Both the position numbers and the translations under genes were made by a program. The notes below the pieces were generated by a model that ran no database searches, had not been told where the DNA came from, and saw only the letters and a program-made list of their open reading frames with translations. This document shows positions 8,921 to 18,545 of a stretch of DNA of 64,000 bases, piece by piece. Numbering within the stretch: the first letter of the stretch is position 1; each line of letters opens with the position of its first letter. Source of the DNA: a candidate division WS6 bacterium GW2011_GWF2_39_15 (GTDB lineage: Bacteria; Patescibacteriota; Dojkabacteria; SC72); contig LBWK01000002.1 in assembly GCA_000993565.1 (NCBI GenBank), positions 160,620 to 224,619 of the forward strand, read 5' to 3'.

Positions 8921-9985
8921 ATGAAATTATCTCAGTTTGAGTACAATCTTCCGGAGGATCGTATTGCCAAATTCCCTCCAAAAGTGAGGGGCACAACTAA
9001 TCTGATGGTATTAAATAGGGACAGTCAGAGTATTGATCATAAGAAATATGCAGATATTCCCGATTATATTAAACCAGGAGATGTCCTTGTACTTAATAAT
9101 ACCAAGGTAGAAAGGGTTAGGGTGTTTCTCTTTAATCCCAGAAATGAGAAAAGAGTAGAAGCGATATTTCTAAACAAAGTATGTAGAGGAACAGATGAGG
9201 CTATCGAATACTGGGAGTGTATATTGGGCAGAGCAAAGCATGTAACGGAAGGTGATAAACTTAAATCATTTTTAAACGACGATAACTACATAGAAGTGGA
9301 GGGTAAAATATCTGACGGTATCTTCCTTGTTTCATCAAGGAAAGGAAAGATAGATTCTTTTTTTCAAAGTGAGGGGCACATACCACTGCCACCATATTTA
9401 CACAGAGAAGACAGTGAAGAAGATCGTGTCAGATATAATACCGTATTTGCCAAATATATAGGTTCTGCAGCTGCCCCTACAGCAGGTTTAAACGTTACAG
9501 AAGATCTTTTAAACAAACTTACGAATAAAGGGGTGAAAGTAGTTGAAGTTAAGCTTAATGTAGGGTGGGGAACATTTGCTCCAATAAGAACTGAGAATAT
9601 TGAAGATCACAAAATACATTCTGAAAGAATTGAAGTTACAAAACAAGCGGCAGATGAAATAAATGAGGTTATAAAAAGTGGTGGAGACATTTGGGTGTTA
9701 GGAACTACTGCCGCAAGGACGCTTGAGAGTGTTGCGTATAAGGATAAAGAGAGCGACAGATACTTTGTTAAGGAATATGAAGGTGATACAAATATTTATA
9801 TCTATCCGGGATATGAATGGAAAGTTGTTAATCATATGATTACGAATTTTCATGCTCCAAAGAGCAGCTTGGTAGTTATGATTAGTGCATTTGCGGGATA
9901 TGATTTTATTATGAAAGGGTATAATACTGCAATTGAGAAAAAGTATAACTTTCTAAGTTATGGAGATAGCATGCTAATAATATGA
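8921..9985 (+). CDS. queA: S-adenosylmethionine:tRNA ribosyltransferase-isomerase
   Basis: The N-terminus (MKLSQFEYNLPEDRIAKFP...GDVLVLNNTKV) and the C-terminal NFHAPKSSLVVMISAF motif match QueA. Translationally coupled to tgt. Confidence 0.88.
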   Translation: MKLSQFEYNLPEDRIAKFPPKVRGTTNLMVLNRDSQSIDHKKYADIPDYIKPGDVLVLNNTKVERVRVFLFNPRNEKRVEAIFLNKVCRGTDEAIEYWECILGRAKHVTEGDKLKSFLNDDNYIEVEGKISDGIFLVSSRKGKIDSFFQSEGHIPLPPYLHREDSEEDRVRYNTVFAKYIGSAAAPTAGLNVTEDLLNKLTNKGVKVVEVKLNVGWGTFAPIRTENIEDHKIHSERIEVTKQAADEINEVIKSGGDIWVLGTTAARTLESVAYKDKESDRYFVKEYEGDTNIYIYPGYEWKVVNHMITNFHAPKSSLVVMISAFAGYDFIMKGYNTAIEKKYNFLSYGDSMLII

Positions 9986-11010
9986 CAAAAGAAAAGTTCG
10001 GTGAAAAAATAACCTTCATGCCAGATGCCACAAGAGGAGCTGTCCGTTTCCTGACATCAAATCAGCTTAAAGAAACGGGTACTAAAAATGTGGTGGTAAA
10101 TACCCTTCACCTTTTAATCAGTCCAGGACCGGATAAAATTGAAGAACTTGGAGGAATTCATGAGTTTATGAACTGGCACGAAGGATATATGTTAAGTGAC
10201 TCAGGCGGTTTTCAAGTTTTCTCACTTCTCCACTCAAAAGAATGGGAGGGGAAAATAGATAGGGACGGAGCAACCTTTAAATCTCCTAGAGAAGGGAAAA
10301 TATATACGTTAACTCCGGAGTCATCAATTGAGATACAAATGAAGTTGGGAACAGATATTCTAGTTGCTCTTGATGACTGCAGAGATGCACAAATAGAAAG
10401 GAAAGAGGCCGAAGAGTCTGTACATAGGACTCTAGAATGGGCACAGAGAGCATTAGCACATTTTGAAAAACTTGGAGGTAGGAAGCAAGGTAAATTAATA
10501 TCATGTGTAGTTCAGGGAGCTAACTACCTTGATTTAAGAGAATACTGTGCAAAAGAACTCTCTAAGATGAACTTCGATGGTTATAATTTTGGGGGATATG
10601 TTGTAAATGATAAAGGGAAATTGGTTTTAGAAGAAATGAAAGTTGTTATTCAAAATACTCCTAAAGGAAAGTTTAAATATGCAATGGGAGTTGGTAAACC
10701 ACAGGATATTATAGAAGCGGCCAAACTTGGCTATACTGTATTCGATACCGTTCTTGTAACTAGAAATGCCAGACATGGCACATTGTATTCTTTTGATAAG
10801 GAGGACTATATGCTTAGAATAAAAAATGCGAGATACTCTAGTGACCTTGCTCCAATAGATTCCAGCTGTGATTGTGAAGCATGTAAAAATCATTCCAGAG
10901 CTTATATTCATCATATGATAAGAATTGGAGAAGCAACGGGGATGACATTGGCAACAATACATAATCTCATGTTTTATCAGAGGCTTGTAGAGAAGCTAAA
11001 CAGAGTGTAG
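9982..11010 (+). CDS. tgt: queuine tRNA-ribosyltransferase (tRNA-guanine transglycosylase)
   Basis: Carries the catalytic-region motifs LSDSGGFQ, ALDDC and GVGKPQD, and the zinc site CDCEACKNHSRAYIHH (CxCxxC...H). Confidence 0.88.
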   Translation: MTKEKFGEKITFMPDATRGAVRFLTSNQLKETGTKNVVVNTLHLLISPGPDKIEELGGIHEFMNWHEGYMLSDSGGFQVFSLLHSKEWEGKIDRDGATFKSPREGKIYTLTPESSIEIQMKLGTDILVALDDCRDAQIERKEAEESVHRTLEWAQRALAHFEKLGGRKQGKLISCVVQGANYLDLREYCAKELSKMNFDGYNFGGYVVNDKGKLVLEEMKVVIQNTPKGKFKYAMGVGKPQDIIEAAKLGYTVFDTVLVTRNARHGTLYSFDKEDYMLRIKNARYSSDLAPIDSSCDCEACKNHSRAYIHHMIRIGEATGMTLATIHNLMFYQRLVEKLNRV

Positions 11011-11769
11011 TGTGCCTTTGTATTTACGGTACTTAGATATGGTACTAACAATAGGGATATTCCCATGCTTTTTATAAAGCATTTTCATATTCTTCAGATA
11101 CGTTCTAAAAAATGGTAAAGCAACGGTCATCGCATCATTATGCGCTCTCCATACACCAAGCTTTATATCAGCAAAATCTATATTAACCTTCCCAAATAAA
11201 CGAATCATGAGTTCTGTGTCCATGTGTGTAATGTGATTTTCATCAAACCCTCCGTATTTTCTGTAAACATCTCTGTGTACAACAGCAGCTTGGTGGTTTA
11301 CAGGGCAGTGGCAACTTACGATTAAAGGATAAAAGGGTTTAAGAAGTCTCCGGTTGCTAAAAAAGTGCTCTTTATCTTTAATATTGAAACAAGTTAACCC
11401 TTGTAGCCACATAATTTCCGGATTTTCTTTTAAGATATTATAGGCGCTTTCTAAGCTATGCTCATTGTAAAGATAATCATCACTGTTTATCAGAATTAAA
11501 TATTGTCCTTTGGAATGGTTAATTCCGATATTAAAAGCATTAGAGATCCCTTTTGGTGGACTCTGTATGATTCTCACCGGGTAAGTTTTTTTCTTTTCTT
11601 TGTAACTGAGAACCATATCATAGGTTCCATCTGTAGAGAAACCATCAATAATCACATGTTCAAAGTTTTTAAAACTTTGTTTCTCAATTGATTTGAGACA
11701 CTCATCCAAAAATCTTGTACGATTATAGCAGCAGGTTACAAGAGTAAAAAAAGGAGTCTGGTTTTTCAT
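10996..11769 (-). CDS. family 2 glycosyltransferase
   Basis: GT-A fold signatures: FTLVTCCYNRTRFLDECLKSIEKQSF, HVIIDGFSTDGT, and the DxD-like INSDD. Confidence 0.8.
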   Translation of the reverse strand: MKNQTPFFTLVTCCYNRTRFLDECLKSIEKQSFKNFEHVIIDGFSTDGTYDMVLSYKEKKKTYPVRIIQSPPKGISNAFNIGINHSKGQYLILINSDDYLYNEHSLESAYNILKENPEIMWLQGLTCFNIKDKEHFFSNRRLLKPFYPLIVSCHCPVNHQAAVVHRDVYRKYGGFDENHITHMDTELMIRLFGKVNIDFADIKLGVWRAHNDAMTVALPFFRTYLKNMKMLYKKHGNIPIVSTISKYRKYKGTLHSV

Positions 11770-11978
11770 TGTAGCTATTATAACTCCTCATAGGGTGTTT
11801 GTGCACCTATAATAATAAGTTCTCCATTTGCTCCTTATTATTAAAAATGATATGATAAATGCGTAAATATGTTCTTTTTACATATATTTGCTGTAAGTAT
11901 TAATAATTGATAAAACAACAGAATTTAGAATAAGTATGCTTAGATTGCACGAAAATAAAAATCTAAAACATCCTCAAG

Positions 11979-12003
11979 AGCCAATAAGATAATTGGCTTT
12001 TTT
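11979..12003 (+). terminator. intrinsic-terminator-like hairpin (7-bp stem AGCCAAT/ATTGGCT, 6-nt loop, then TTTTT) in the 287-nt rny leader region
   Basis: Perfect inverted repeat followed by a 5-T run on the + strand, about 55 nt upstream of the rny start. Confidence 0.35.
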
Positions 12004-12056
12004 GCGTATATACTTTCTGTTTTTCTTCATAATATTTTCAGCAGACATTAGTTTAA

Positions 12057-13595
12057 TTGAGTAGTTTAAATACTATGGAAGCCGTTATTGCATTGATAGC
12101 AGCATTGACTGCAGCAGGAGGTACATTTGCAGTACTTAAGTTTGGAATGAAATGGGTAAATGTTAAGAATATCCCTGAAGAGGTTATTCTTGAGACTGCA
12201 AATAAGAAGTTTGCAGACAGAATTTCAAAAGTAAATGAGGAAGAAGAAGCTCTCAGGCGTGATACAGATGAGAGGATTAAAAAGGCCAGGAAAGAGTTTA
12301 TGGAACAGGAAGCTCTTCTCATTGAGAGGGAGAAGAAGCTGAATGGAAGAGCTAAGATGCTCGATGAAAAGAGCGAGGAATTAGTAAAAGAGTCAGAAGA
12401 AGTTAAAAATATGCAGAAAGGTCTTGAGATAAGCAGAGCTAAACTTAAGACTGAACTAGAAAAGATTTCAGGGTTGACTAGAGATGAGGCAACCAAGAAG
12501 CTCATGAAGGAAGTAGAGTCTGATATGGCTGATTATGAAGCCCAGCTCATTAGAAAGGCAGAGAAGAAAGCCGAAGAGGTTTCAGAAGAGAAGGCAAAAG
12601 AGATATTGGTAGAAGCAATGCAGAAGGTTGAGACCGATTATGTAGGAGAGACAACAACAACTTCTGTAAAGATTGAAGATGATAAAGTTAAAGGAAGAAT
12701 TATCGGAAAAGAAGGGAGAAATATCAGAGCTTTTGAAAAGGCCACAGGCGTAGATGTTATCGTTGATGACTCTCCAACTACAATTGGTCTTTCATCCTTT
12801 GATCCTTTAAGAAGAGAGATTGCACGAGTTTCATTAACGAAGCTTGTCGGTGATGGAAGAATTCATCCCGGATCAATAGAAGAGGCTATCAGGAAAGCAA
12901 AGAACGAGATAGCTGTTGAGATCAAAAAGAACGGTCAGGTACTTGCGGAAGAAGCAGGGTGGCCTGGAATTGATATAGGTCTTCTCAAACTAATTGGAAA
13001 GATGAAATATAGAACTTCATACGGTCAAACTCTTATGTCTCATGTGATTGAGGTGATAAGAATTGGTGCAGCTCTTGCTACAGAGATGAAGGCAGATGTT
13101 GATCTTGTTAAAAAGGCTTGTCTTTTACATGATGTCGGTAAAGTACTAAGTCACAAACTTGATATACCGCATCACCATATCTCTGGACAGATTGCCAGAA
13201 AGTATGGGTTAGATGATAAGTTGGTAAATGCAATTGAAGCACACCACCTTGATATTGAGCCTACCTCAGTTGAGGCCATGATTGTTCACATTGCTGATGC
13301 AATCTCAGGGGCTAGACCTGGTGCTAGAAAAGATAGCTACGAGCAGTATGTGAAGAGGATTGAAGGCATTGAAAACGCTGCAAAGGAAGTTGGCGGAGAT
13401 AAGATTCATGAGGTATTTGCAATTAGAGCCGGTAGAGAGCTCAGAGTTATTGTTGATCCAAACACAACTAACGATAGCGAGATCAAAGTACTGGCTAAGA
13501 AGATTGCAGAGAATATTCAAAAAACTCAGAACTACCCTGGTAATGTAGAAGTCTCTGTTATTAGAGAAAGCAGGGCGGTTGAGGTCGCCAGATAA
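12057..13595 (+). CDS. rny: ribonuclease Y
   Basis: N-terminal TM helix (AVIALIAALTAAGGTFAVLKF), long coiled coil, KH domain (KGRIIGKEGRNIRAFEKATGVDVIVDD) and HD domain (LLHDVGKV...HH). The start may instead be the internal Met at 12075. Confidence 0.92.
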   Translation: MSSLNTMEAVIALIAALTAAGGTFAVLKFGMKWVNVKNIPEEVILETANKKFADRISKVNEEEEALRRDTDERIKKARKEFMEQEALLIEREKKLNGRAKMLDEKSEELVKESEEVKNMQKGLEISRAKLKTELEKISGLTRDEATKKLMKEVESDMADYEAQLIRKAEKKAEEVSEEKAKEILVEAMQKVETDYVGETTTTSVKIEDDKVKGRIIGKEGRNIRAFEKATGVDVIVDDSPTTIGLSSFDPLRREIARVSLTKLVGDGRIHPGSIEEAIRKAKNEIAVEIKKNGQVLAEEAGWPGIDIGLLKLIGKMKYRTSYGQTLMSHVIEVIRIGAALATEMKADVDLVKKACLLHDVGKVLSHKLDIPHHHISGQIARKYGLDDKLVNAIEAHHLDIEPTSVEAMIVHIADAISGARPGARKDSYEQYVKRIEGIENAAKEVGGDKIHEVFAIRAGRELRVIVDPNTTNDSEIKVLAKKIAENIQKTQNYPGNVEVSVIRESRAVEVAR

Positions 13596-13604
13596 TATTA
13601 GATA

Positions 13605-14405
13605 GTGCAAAGTATGATTAAAGTCCTCTTTATAGGAGATGTATGTGGTAAGCCCGGACGTGAGGCTGTGAGAAAGATAGTTCCTGATCTTAAGAAGAAA
13701 GAGGGAATAGATGTTGTCGTTACTAACGTGGAGAATAGTGCACACGGTCGTGGAGCTACTGTAGAAACCGTTAATGAGCTCATGGGCTATGGAGTTGATT
13801 TTATGACTGCGGGCAATCATATCTGGAGAAGAGATGACTTCAATGAACTTCTTTCAGGTGACTATCCGGTGATTCGAGGTCTCAATTACCCTGATGACTT
13901 GCCGGGAAAAGGTTTTGGAGAGGTCGATCTAGGTAAAAAGGGGAAACTTCTAGTAATCACTATTATAGGCTGGGCCTTCATGAATGAGCGTACTTTGACC
14001 GAGCCGTTCAGGCGTATGGAACAGCTTATGAAACAGATAAAACGCGATGATTATGCAGGAATCCTTGTCGATTTTCATGGTGAATCTACCTCCGAAAAGG
14101 TCTCTTTCGGTTTGTACTTTGACGGTCAGGTAAGTACGGTATTGGGTACACATACACACATCCCGACAGCCGATGAAAGGCTTCTACCAAAGCATTCTTC
14201 ATATATCACTGATGTCGGCATGGTCGGACCATTGGACTCTTCTTTGTGGGTGAAGAAAGAAATAGTGTTCCAACAGAATATGTATCCGTTTTCTCCAAGA
14301 TATGACATTGAAGAAGAAGGGCCGGTGAGGTTCGATGCGGTGATTGTAGAGATAGATGGTCCGTCATCCTCAAAAAGTATAAAGCGTATAAACAAAACCC
14401 TATAA
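13605..14405 (+). CDS. ymdB: YmdB-like metallophosphoesterase (2',3'-cyclic-nucleotide 2'-phosphodiesterase family, TIGR00282)
   Basis: MIKVLFIGDVCGKPGREAV...NVENSAHGRG...GNHIW... matches the calcineurin-like YmdB family. Sits immediately downstream of rny, as in Firmicutes. Confidence 0.82.
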   Translation: MQSMIKVLFIGDVCGKPGREAVRKIVPDLKKKEGIDVVVTNVENSAHGRGATVETVNELMGYGVDFMTAGNHIWRRDDFNELLSGDYPVIRGLNYPDDLPGKGFGEVDLGKKGKLLVITIIGWAFMNERTLTEPFRRMEQLMKQIKRDDYAGILVDFHGESTSEKVSFGLYFDGQVSTVLGTHTHIPTADERLLPKHSSYITDVGMVGPLDSSLWVKKEIVFQQNMYPFSPRYDIEEEGPVRFDAVIVEIDGPSSSKSIKRINKTL

Positions 14406-14417
14406 TTACACGCAATA

Positions 14418-14446
14418 TTGACAATTTCCTCTAATTCCAATATTTT
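14418..14446 (+). promoter_or_regulatory. putative sigma-70-type promoter for hup (TTGACA, 17 nt, TATTTT)
   Basis: Consensus -35 hexamer at 14418-14423 with a 17-nt spacer and a -10-like hexamer. A strong Shine-Dalgarno AAGGAGGT lies at about 14505-14512. Confidence 0.4.
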
Positions 14447-14523
14447 AAGAGTAGATAGAATAATTATTGTTGTTATGACAAGAATTATCTATCTATCTCT
14501 TTAAGAAAGGAGGTATACACGTT

Positions 14524-14796
14524 ATGTTAAAACAACAAGTAGTTGAGGCCGTTGCAGCAGCAGCTGGACTCACAAAGAAGCAAGCAACTATGGCTGTAGA
14601 TGCTATGCTCGATGCAGTTACTGATGCTCTTAAGAAAGGGGACTCTGTTCTTCTCACAGGCTTCGGTAAGTTCGAAGTTCGAACCAGAGCAGCAAGAGTA
14701 GGAATCAATCCTAAGACTTTGTCTAAGATTAATCTTCCTGCTTCTAAAGTTCCTGCTTTCAAAGCTGGAAAAGCTCTTAAGATGGCTGTTAAGTAA
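14524..14796 (+). CDS. hup: DNA-binding protein HU
   Basis: 90 aa. The motifs GFGKFEVRTRAARVGINPKT and PAFKAGKALK are diagnostic of the HU/IHF family. Confidence 0.93.
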   Translation: MLKQQVVEAVAAAAGLTKKQATMAVDAMLDAVTDALKKGDSVLLTGFGKFEVRTRAARVGINPKTLSKINLPASKVPAFKAGKALKMAVK

Positions 14797-14843
14797 TAGC
14801 TGCCGGTATTTCTCTGTATATAATGTACAGTAGAAATATTACT

Positions 14844-14897
14844 GGGGCCCTGATTCTTGTAGATGTATGTCTATAAGATGCAGGGCCCCTTTTATTT
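14844..14897 (+). terminator. rho-independent terminator downstream of hup
   Basis: GGGGCCCTG (14844-14852) pairs with CAGGGCCCC (14881-14889), followed by TTTTATTTT. Confidence 0.7.
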
Positions 14898-15041
14898 TCA
14901 GCGATTTATCTTCTCTCCTTATATCGCTAATTTAAAAGTTGGGGATGATTTACTTGGAATATATTTGATGAACCAAAGTGACTAGTTGAACATTGTTGTT
15001 TCGTAAATTAGTTTTGGCCGTCTGAGATTAAAAGTCCTCTT

Positions 15042-15551
15042 TTAAAGCCCGAGATCTCTCATCATTTCTGCATCCGGATTAAAATGATACCACGTCCCTT
15101 CGTTATAACGTATTTCTTCACTAACACGATGTCCGGTATCTCTTAGAAGCAATTCTCTTTGTGTTGGACTTAATTTACAATTACGAATAAAAGTGACAAA
15201 GAAATTGAGTCCGGATCTTGAAGAAATATGAAAGTTAACCTCCTTTATGTATCTAGTCAGTACACCGCTGCAGAACCCCATGATAGTTCCCTCATCGGAA
15301 TATGCTGTCATACTGTCTAGAAAACGGTCGTAGTCAGGTCTTTTAAACATATTTAACTCTTCAGAAACCTGTTTCCAAGTCCTCACAAATTCGTCTAATG
15401 TCTCTTGAGCATTTGGGTCGGTCTCTAGTATTTCTAACAGGTCATCAGATGTTCGGGCGAATTCCACGGCATCTGCTTTTCTTTGTTCAAAAATTGCAGC
15501 TAAAATAGTTTCAGGAGTGTTGGGAAATTCGGTATCTAATTTCTGTGACAT
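15042..15551 (-). CDS. hypothetical protein (169 aa)
   Basis: ORF only. Isolated on the minus strand between the hup terminator and a divergent gene. Confidence 0.45.
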   Translation of the reverse strand: MSQKLDTEFPNTPETILAAIFEQRKADAVEFARTSDDLLEILETDPNAQETLDEFVRTWKQVSEELNMFKRPDYDRFLDSMTAYSDEGTIMGFCSGVLTRYIKEVNFHISSRSGLNFFVTFIRNCKLSPTQRELLLRDTGHRVSEEIRYNEGTWYHFNPDAEMMRDLGL

Positions 15552-15679
15552 TGATTTACTTGGTAATATTACTACTCTAATTATATCTCATAGTGTATGT
15601 ATTGTTAATAGATTTAATCAAATTGCTAATTCCTCCTTTATCCTTTAATATAGTAAATAGTTAGTTATGTACTGCCAAT

Positions 15680-17038
15680 GTGTTAAACTGGTTTGTTCCA
15701 AATACAAGTAATAAGTTTAAGCCGTATCTCCTCAGGAATACTGCTTTGTGTTTATACACCTTGATACTTTTCTCCTTTAATACCCTTTCCGGATTTCTAG
15801 GAATCTCTCAGGCACAGGCAAGCAGTATAACGGCCAAGAATATTATCCAGATGACAAATCAGGAACGTGAGAAATATAATCTGGGGGTATTAAAAGAAAA
15901 TGCCAAACTCAATGCTGCAGCCCTTGCTAAAGCTAATAATATGTTCAAAGAACAATACTGGGATCACTTTGGTCCAAACGGAGAGTCCCCGTGGCAGTTT
16001 ATCAAAGCATCCGGCTACGTATACATATATGCCGGGGAAAACCTTGCAAAGGGTTTTAAGAGCTCTGAGGGGGTTGTACAGGCGTGGATGGCAAGCCCCA
16101 CGCATAGGGATAATATTCTAAGTGGTAATTACAAAGAAATAGGGATTGCTACGGTTAACGGAAATCTCTTGGGTGAAGAAATAATGCTAGTCGTGCAGAT
16201 GTTTGGAAATACAACAACTCTGACAACGCCATCGGGTCAGTATGTAAAAGGCGATGAAGAAGAACCGTCTCAGCCAGCTGAGAACGGTGAGACCAAGAGC
16301 ATTAAAATAACATACCCGACGGAAGATTCTACCGTAAACGACCCTGATTTTGATGTCAACGGAACCGTCTCCAACCAATCAGGTGATTATTCTGTTGAAC
16401 TTTATGAGAAGGAGAAAGTTTTAGGCAAACTCTCAACCAACGCTTCTTTGTGGGAATTTGATAAGAATGGGGACTGGAGTGAAGGCAATCACTCAGTGAG
16501 TGCATATCTAGGGGTCAAAAAAGACGGTATATCAGATAGTGTAGACTTTTTTGTTGACAGTACACCGCCTCAGATTGCACAATCTGACATTGATGTAACC
16601 AAATCGGGGGGAGGCTGGAAAGTGTCTATTGATTGCGATGAAAACAATCCAGACATTACTCTTGTGGTTGGTACTAAAACATATGCTACAACGCTAGATA
16701 ATGGACGATACTCTTCTCAGATCGATGGTGTCGGCAGTGACAAAGTGATAGTTGTTGCCAGTGATGAAAATGGCAATACTTTGGAATTTGAAATAACGGA
16801 TATGTTTCAGGAAAAGGGGGGAAATGTTCTCTCCTCTTTCATGAACAGCGTAAATATTAAAGATACAGTTAATGTTATCTTTGTTGCCTTTATATTCATC
16901 CTCCTTTTGATTGAGATTACTGTATTTGCAAGAAAAGGAATGTTAAAACAACATAAAGGTAATCTCTTTACGATGTCTATCTGGTGGGTACTTCTCCTAG
17001 TCGGAGCATTAAATGGATTTGGAGGTGTAATAAACTAG
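15680..17038 (+). CDS. secreted/membrane-anchored CAP (SCP/PR-1/YkwD-like) domain protein with Ig-like middle region and C-terminal TM helices
   Basis: N-terminal hydrophobic signal/anchor. CAP-domain motifs YWDHFGPNGESPWQFIKASGYVYIYAGENLAKGF and AWMASPTHRDNILSGNYKEIGIA. Hydrophobic C-terminus (VNVIFVAFIFILLLIEITVFA). Confidence 0.7.
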   Translation: MLNWFVPNTSNKFKPYLLRNTALCLYTLILFSFNTLSGFLGISQAQASSITAKNIIQMTNQEREKYNLGVLKENAKLNAAALAKANNMFKEQYWDHFGPNGESPWQFIKASGYVYIYAGENLAKGFKSSEGVVQAWMASPTHRDNILSGNYKEIGIATVNGNLLGEEIMLVVQMFGNTTTLTTPSGQYVKGDEEEPSQPAENGETKSIKITYPTEDSTVNDPDFDVNGTVSNQSGDYSVELYEKEKVLGKLSTNASLWEFDKNGDWSEGNHSVSAYLGVKKDGISDSVDFFVDSTPPQIAQSDIDVTKSGGGWKVSIDCDENNPDITLVVGTKTYATTLDNGRYSSQIDGVGSDKVIVVASDENGNTLEFEITDMFQEKGGNVLSSFMNSVNIKDTVNVIFVAFIFILLLIEITVFARKGMLKQHKGNLFTMSIWWVLLLVGALNGFGGVIN

Positions 17039-17039
17039 T

Positions 17040-17837
17040 ATGTATGGACTTATAAAACAATTTAAAAGAGAGTTTGTGTATAGTTCGTACCTGTTCTTAG
17101 TTTTAGAACTGCTTGTTACCCGCCAGTTTGTGGTTAATATTTATGTTTATATTACTACTGCATTAGTAGGATTATTGCTTATCTCATCATGGTTTGTCAC
17201 CTCTTTTGGGCTGTTTGGCAGAAAGAGGGTATCCAAAAAGAGCAGGGCAGTAATAACGGTGAATCTTAAGTATAGGGTGTTCACTTATGTCGTAATGCCA
17301 GTAATTTTATGGGTTTCATTATGTCTGTACTTATTCTTTACCCAGAATGTTTATATTACTCAAACTGTGATAGTTGCTTCAGTAGCCCTTTACTTTGCTT
17401 TTATGTTGCAGGTAAGGTCTTCGTTGGAAAAAATCTATCATGTTGATACAATGACCCGGTTTGTCTACGATTTTATTAATATTGTTGTATTCTTTCTCCT
17501 TCTTTCAGTTCTGTGCCGCTTAGGTTTGGATATTTACCTTATGACCGGAGTTGTAATCCTCTTTACACTGCTTTCTCTGCACAATACGTTATATGTGCAT
17601 AGGAAACTTGAGGTTGAGTCAACACTTGTGGCTCTCTTCGCGAGTGCTATGGTAGGGTTAGCTACATGGGCGACACAGGGAATGAACATCTATACTCAGC
17701 CGTCATTAATAACCCTGTTATATTACTTAATTGTGTCACTATGGAATATAAGATTCTCGGGAGCAAGGAAGTTAGAGGACTACATTCCTCCGATTATGTA
17801 TACTTTAATGGCAGTTATATTAGTATTGAGTCTATGA
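17040..17837 (+). CDS. polytopic membrane protein, function unknown
   Basis: About 7 hydrophobic segments. Its stop overlaps the next start (ATGA). Confidence 0.55.
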   Translation: MYGLIKQFKREFVYSSYLFLVLELLVTRQFVVNIYVYITTALVGLLLISSWFVTSFGLFGRKRVSKKSRAVITVNLKYRVFTYVVMPVILWVSLCLYLFFTQNVYITQTVIVASVALYFAFMLQVRSSLEKIYHVDTMTRFVYDFINIVVFFLLLSVLCRLGLDIYLMTGVVILFTLLSLHNTLYVHRKLEVESTLVALFASAMVGLATWATQGMNIYTQPSLITLLYYLIVSLWNIRFSGARKLEDYIPPIMYTLMAVILVLSL

Positions 17838-18541
17838 TATCTAGAAAGATAGTTCTAAAACTGGGAGGGTCGTTGATGTATAAAGGAGGATTGGACTTGA
17901 ATACTGAGGTCTTAAATATGTTTAAGGATTGGTATAAGAGGGAAAAGCACAACTACGAGTTGATCGTTATTGTTGTAGGAGGTGGCAGGTTGTCTCGGGA
18001 GGTTGGTAGTGTTATTAAACCATATGTGAAAAATGACTCAGACCTCCACTCAGTTGGAATGGAACTGACACAGACCAATGCTCATATACTCAAGGGGTAC
18101 CTTGGAGACAAAGATGTATATAATCCCCAAACATTGGGAGAAGCTTATGAGTTCCTCATGACTGGGAAAGGAATACTAATCTCCGGGGGGCTAAGGCACG
18201 GTTGGAGTACTGATATGGATGCGGCTGTTTTCGCCGATGTTCTCGGTCTTAAAAAAGTGTATAAACTCTCAGATGTGGAAGGTTTATATACAGCAGATCC
18301 TAAGATTGATGATAAAGCCAAGCTTATTAAGGATATTACATGGGCTAGATATCGAAAGATGTTTGGTCTTGAAAGGAAACATGATGAACACTCTCCGAAT
18401 CTGCATATACCTATTAGTGCAGAATGTGCAGTCTTTGCTCAGAATAAAGGGTTATCCTTCTTTGTATCAGGGGGAAAGTTGCTTTTGACAAAAAAGAAGC
18501 TGGAAAACGTTTTTGAGTCAGGAAGCCTGATTCACGCTTAA
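17834..18541 (+). CDS. amino-acid-kinase-family protein, probably UMP kinase-like (or isopentenyl phosphate kinase-like)
   Basis: KIVLKLGGSL... and IVIVVGGGRLSR... match the carbamate/amino-acid kinase fold. The track ORF starts at 17666, but the likely start is the Met at 17834, which overlaps the upstream stop. Confidence 0.6.
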   Translation: MISRKIVLKLGGSLMYKGGLDLNTEVLNMFKDWYKREKHNYELIVIVVGGGRLSREVGSVIKPYVKNDSDLHSVGMELTQTNAHILKGYLGDKDVYNPQTLGEAYEFLMTGKGILISGGLRHGWSTDMDAAVFADVLGLKKVYKLSDVEGLYTADPKIDDKAKLIKDITWARYRKMFGLERKHDEHSPNLHIPISAECAVFAQNKGLSFFVSGGKLLLTKKKLENVFESGSLIHA

Positions 18542-18545
18542 GAAA

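Noticed and set aside
9982-11010. Considered whether the Tgt homolog could be a DpdA-like DNA-modifying transglycosylase
   Set aside because: It retains the bacterial tRNA-Tgt zinc motif (CxCxxC...H) and is translationally coupled to queA. There are no dpdB/dpdC-like neighbours.
17666-17833. Upstream 56-codon extension of the amino-acid-kinase ORF overlapping the preceding membrane-protein gene
   Set aside because: The kinase fold begins at the Met at 17834, which overlaps the upstream stop (ATGA). The extension is an open frame without function.
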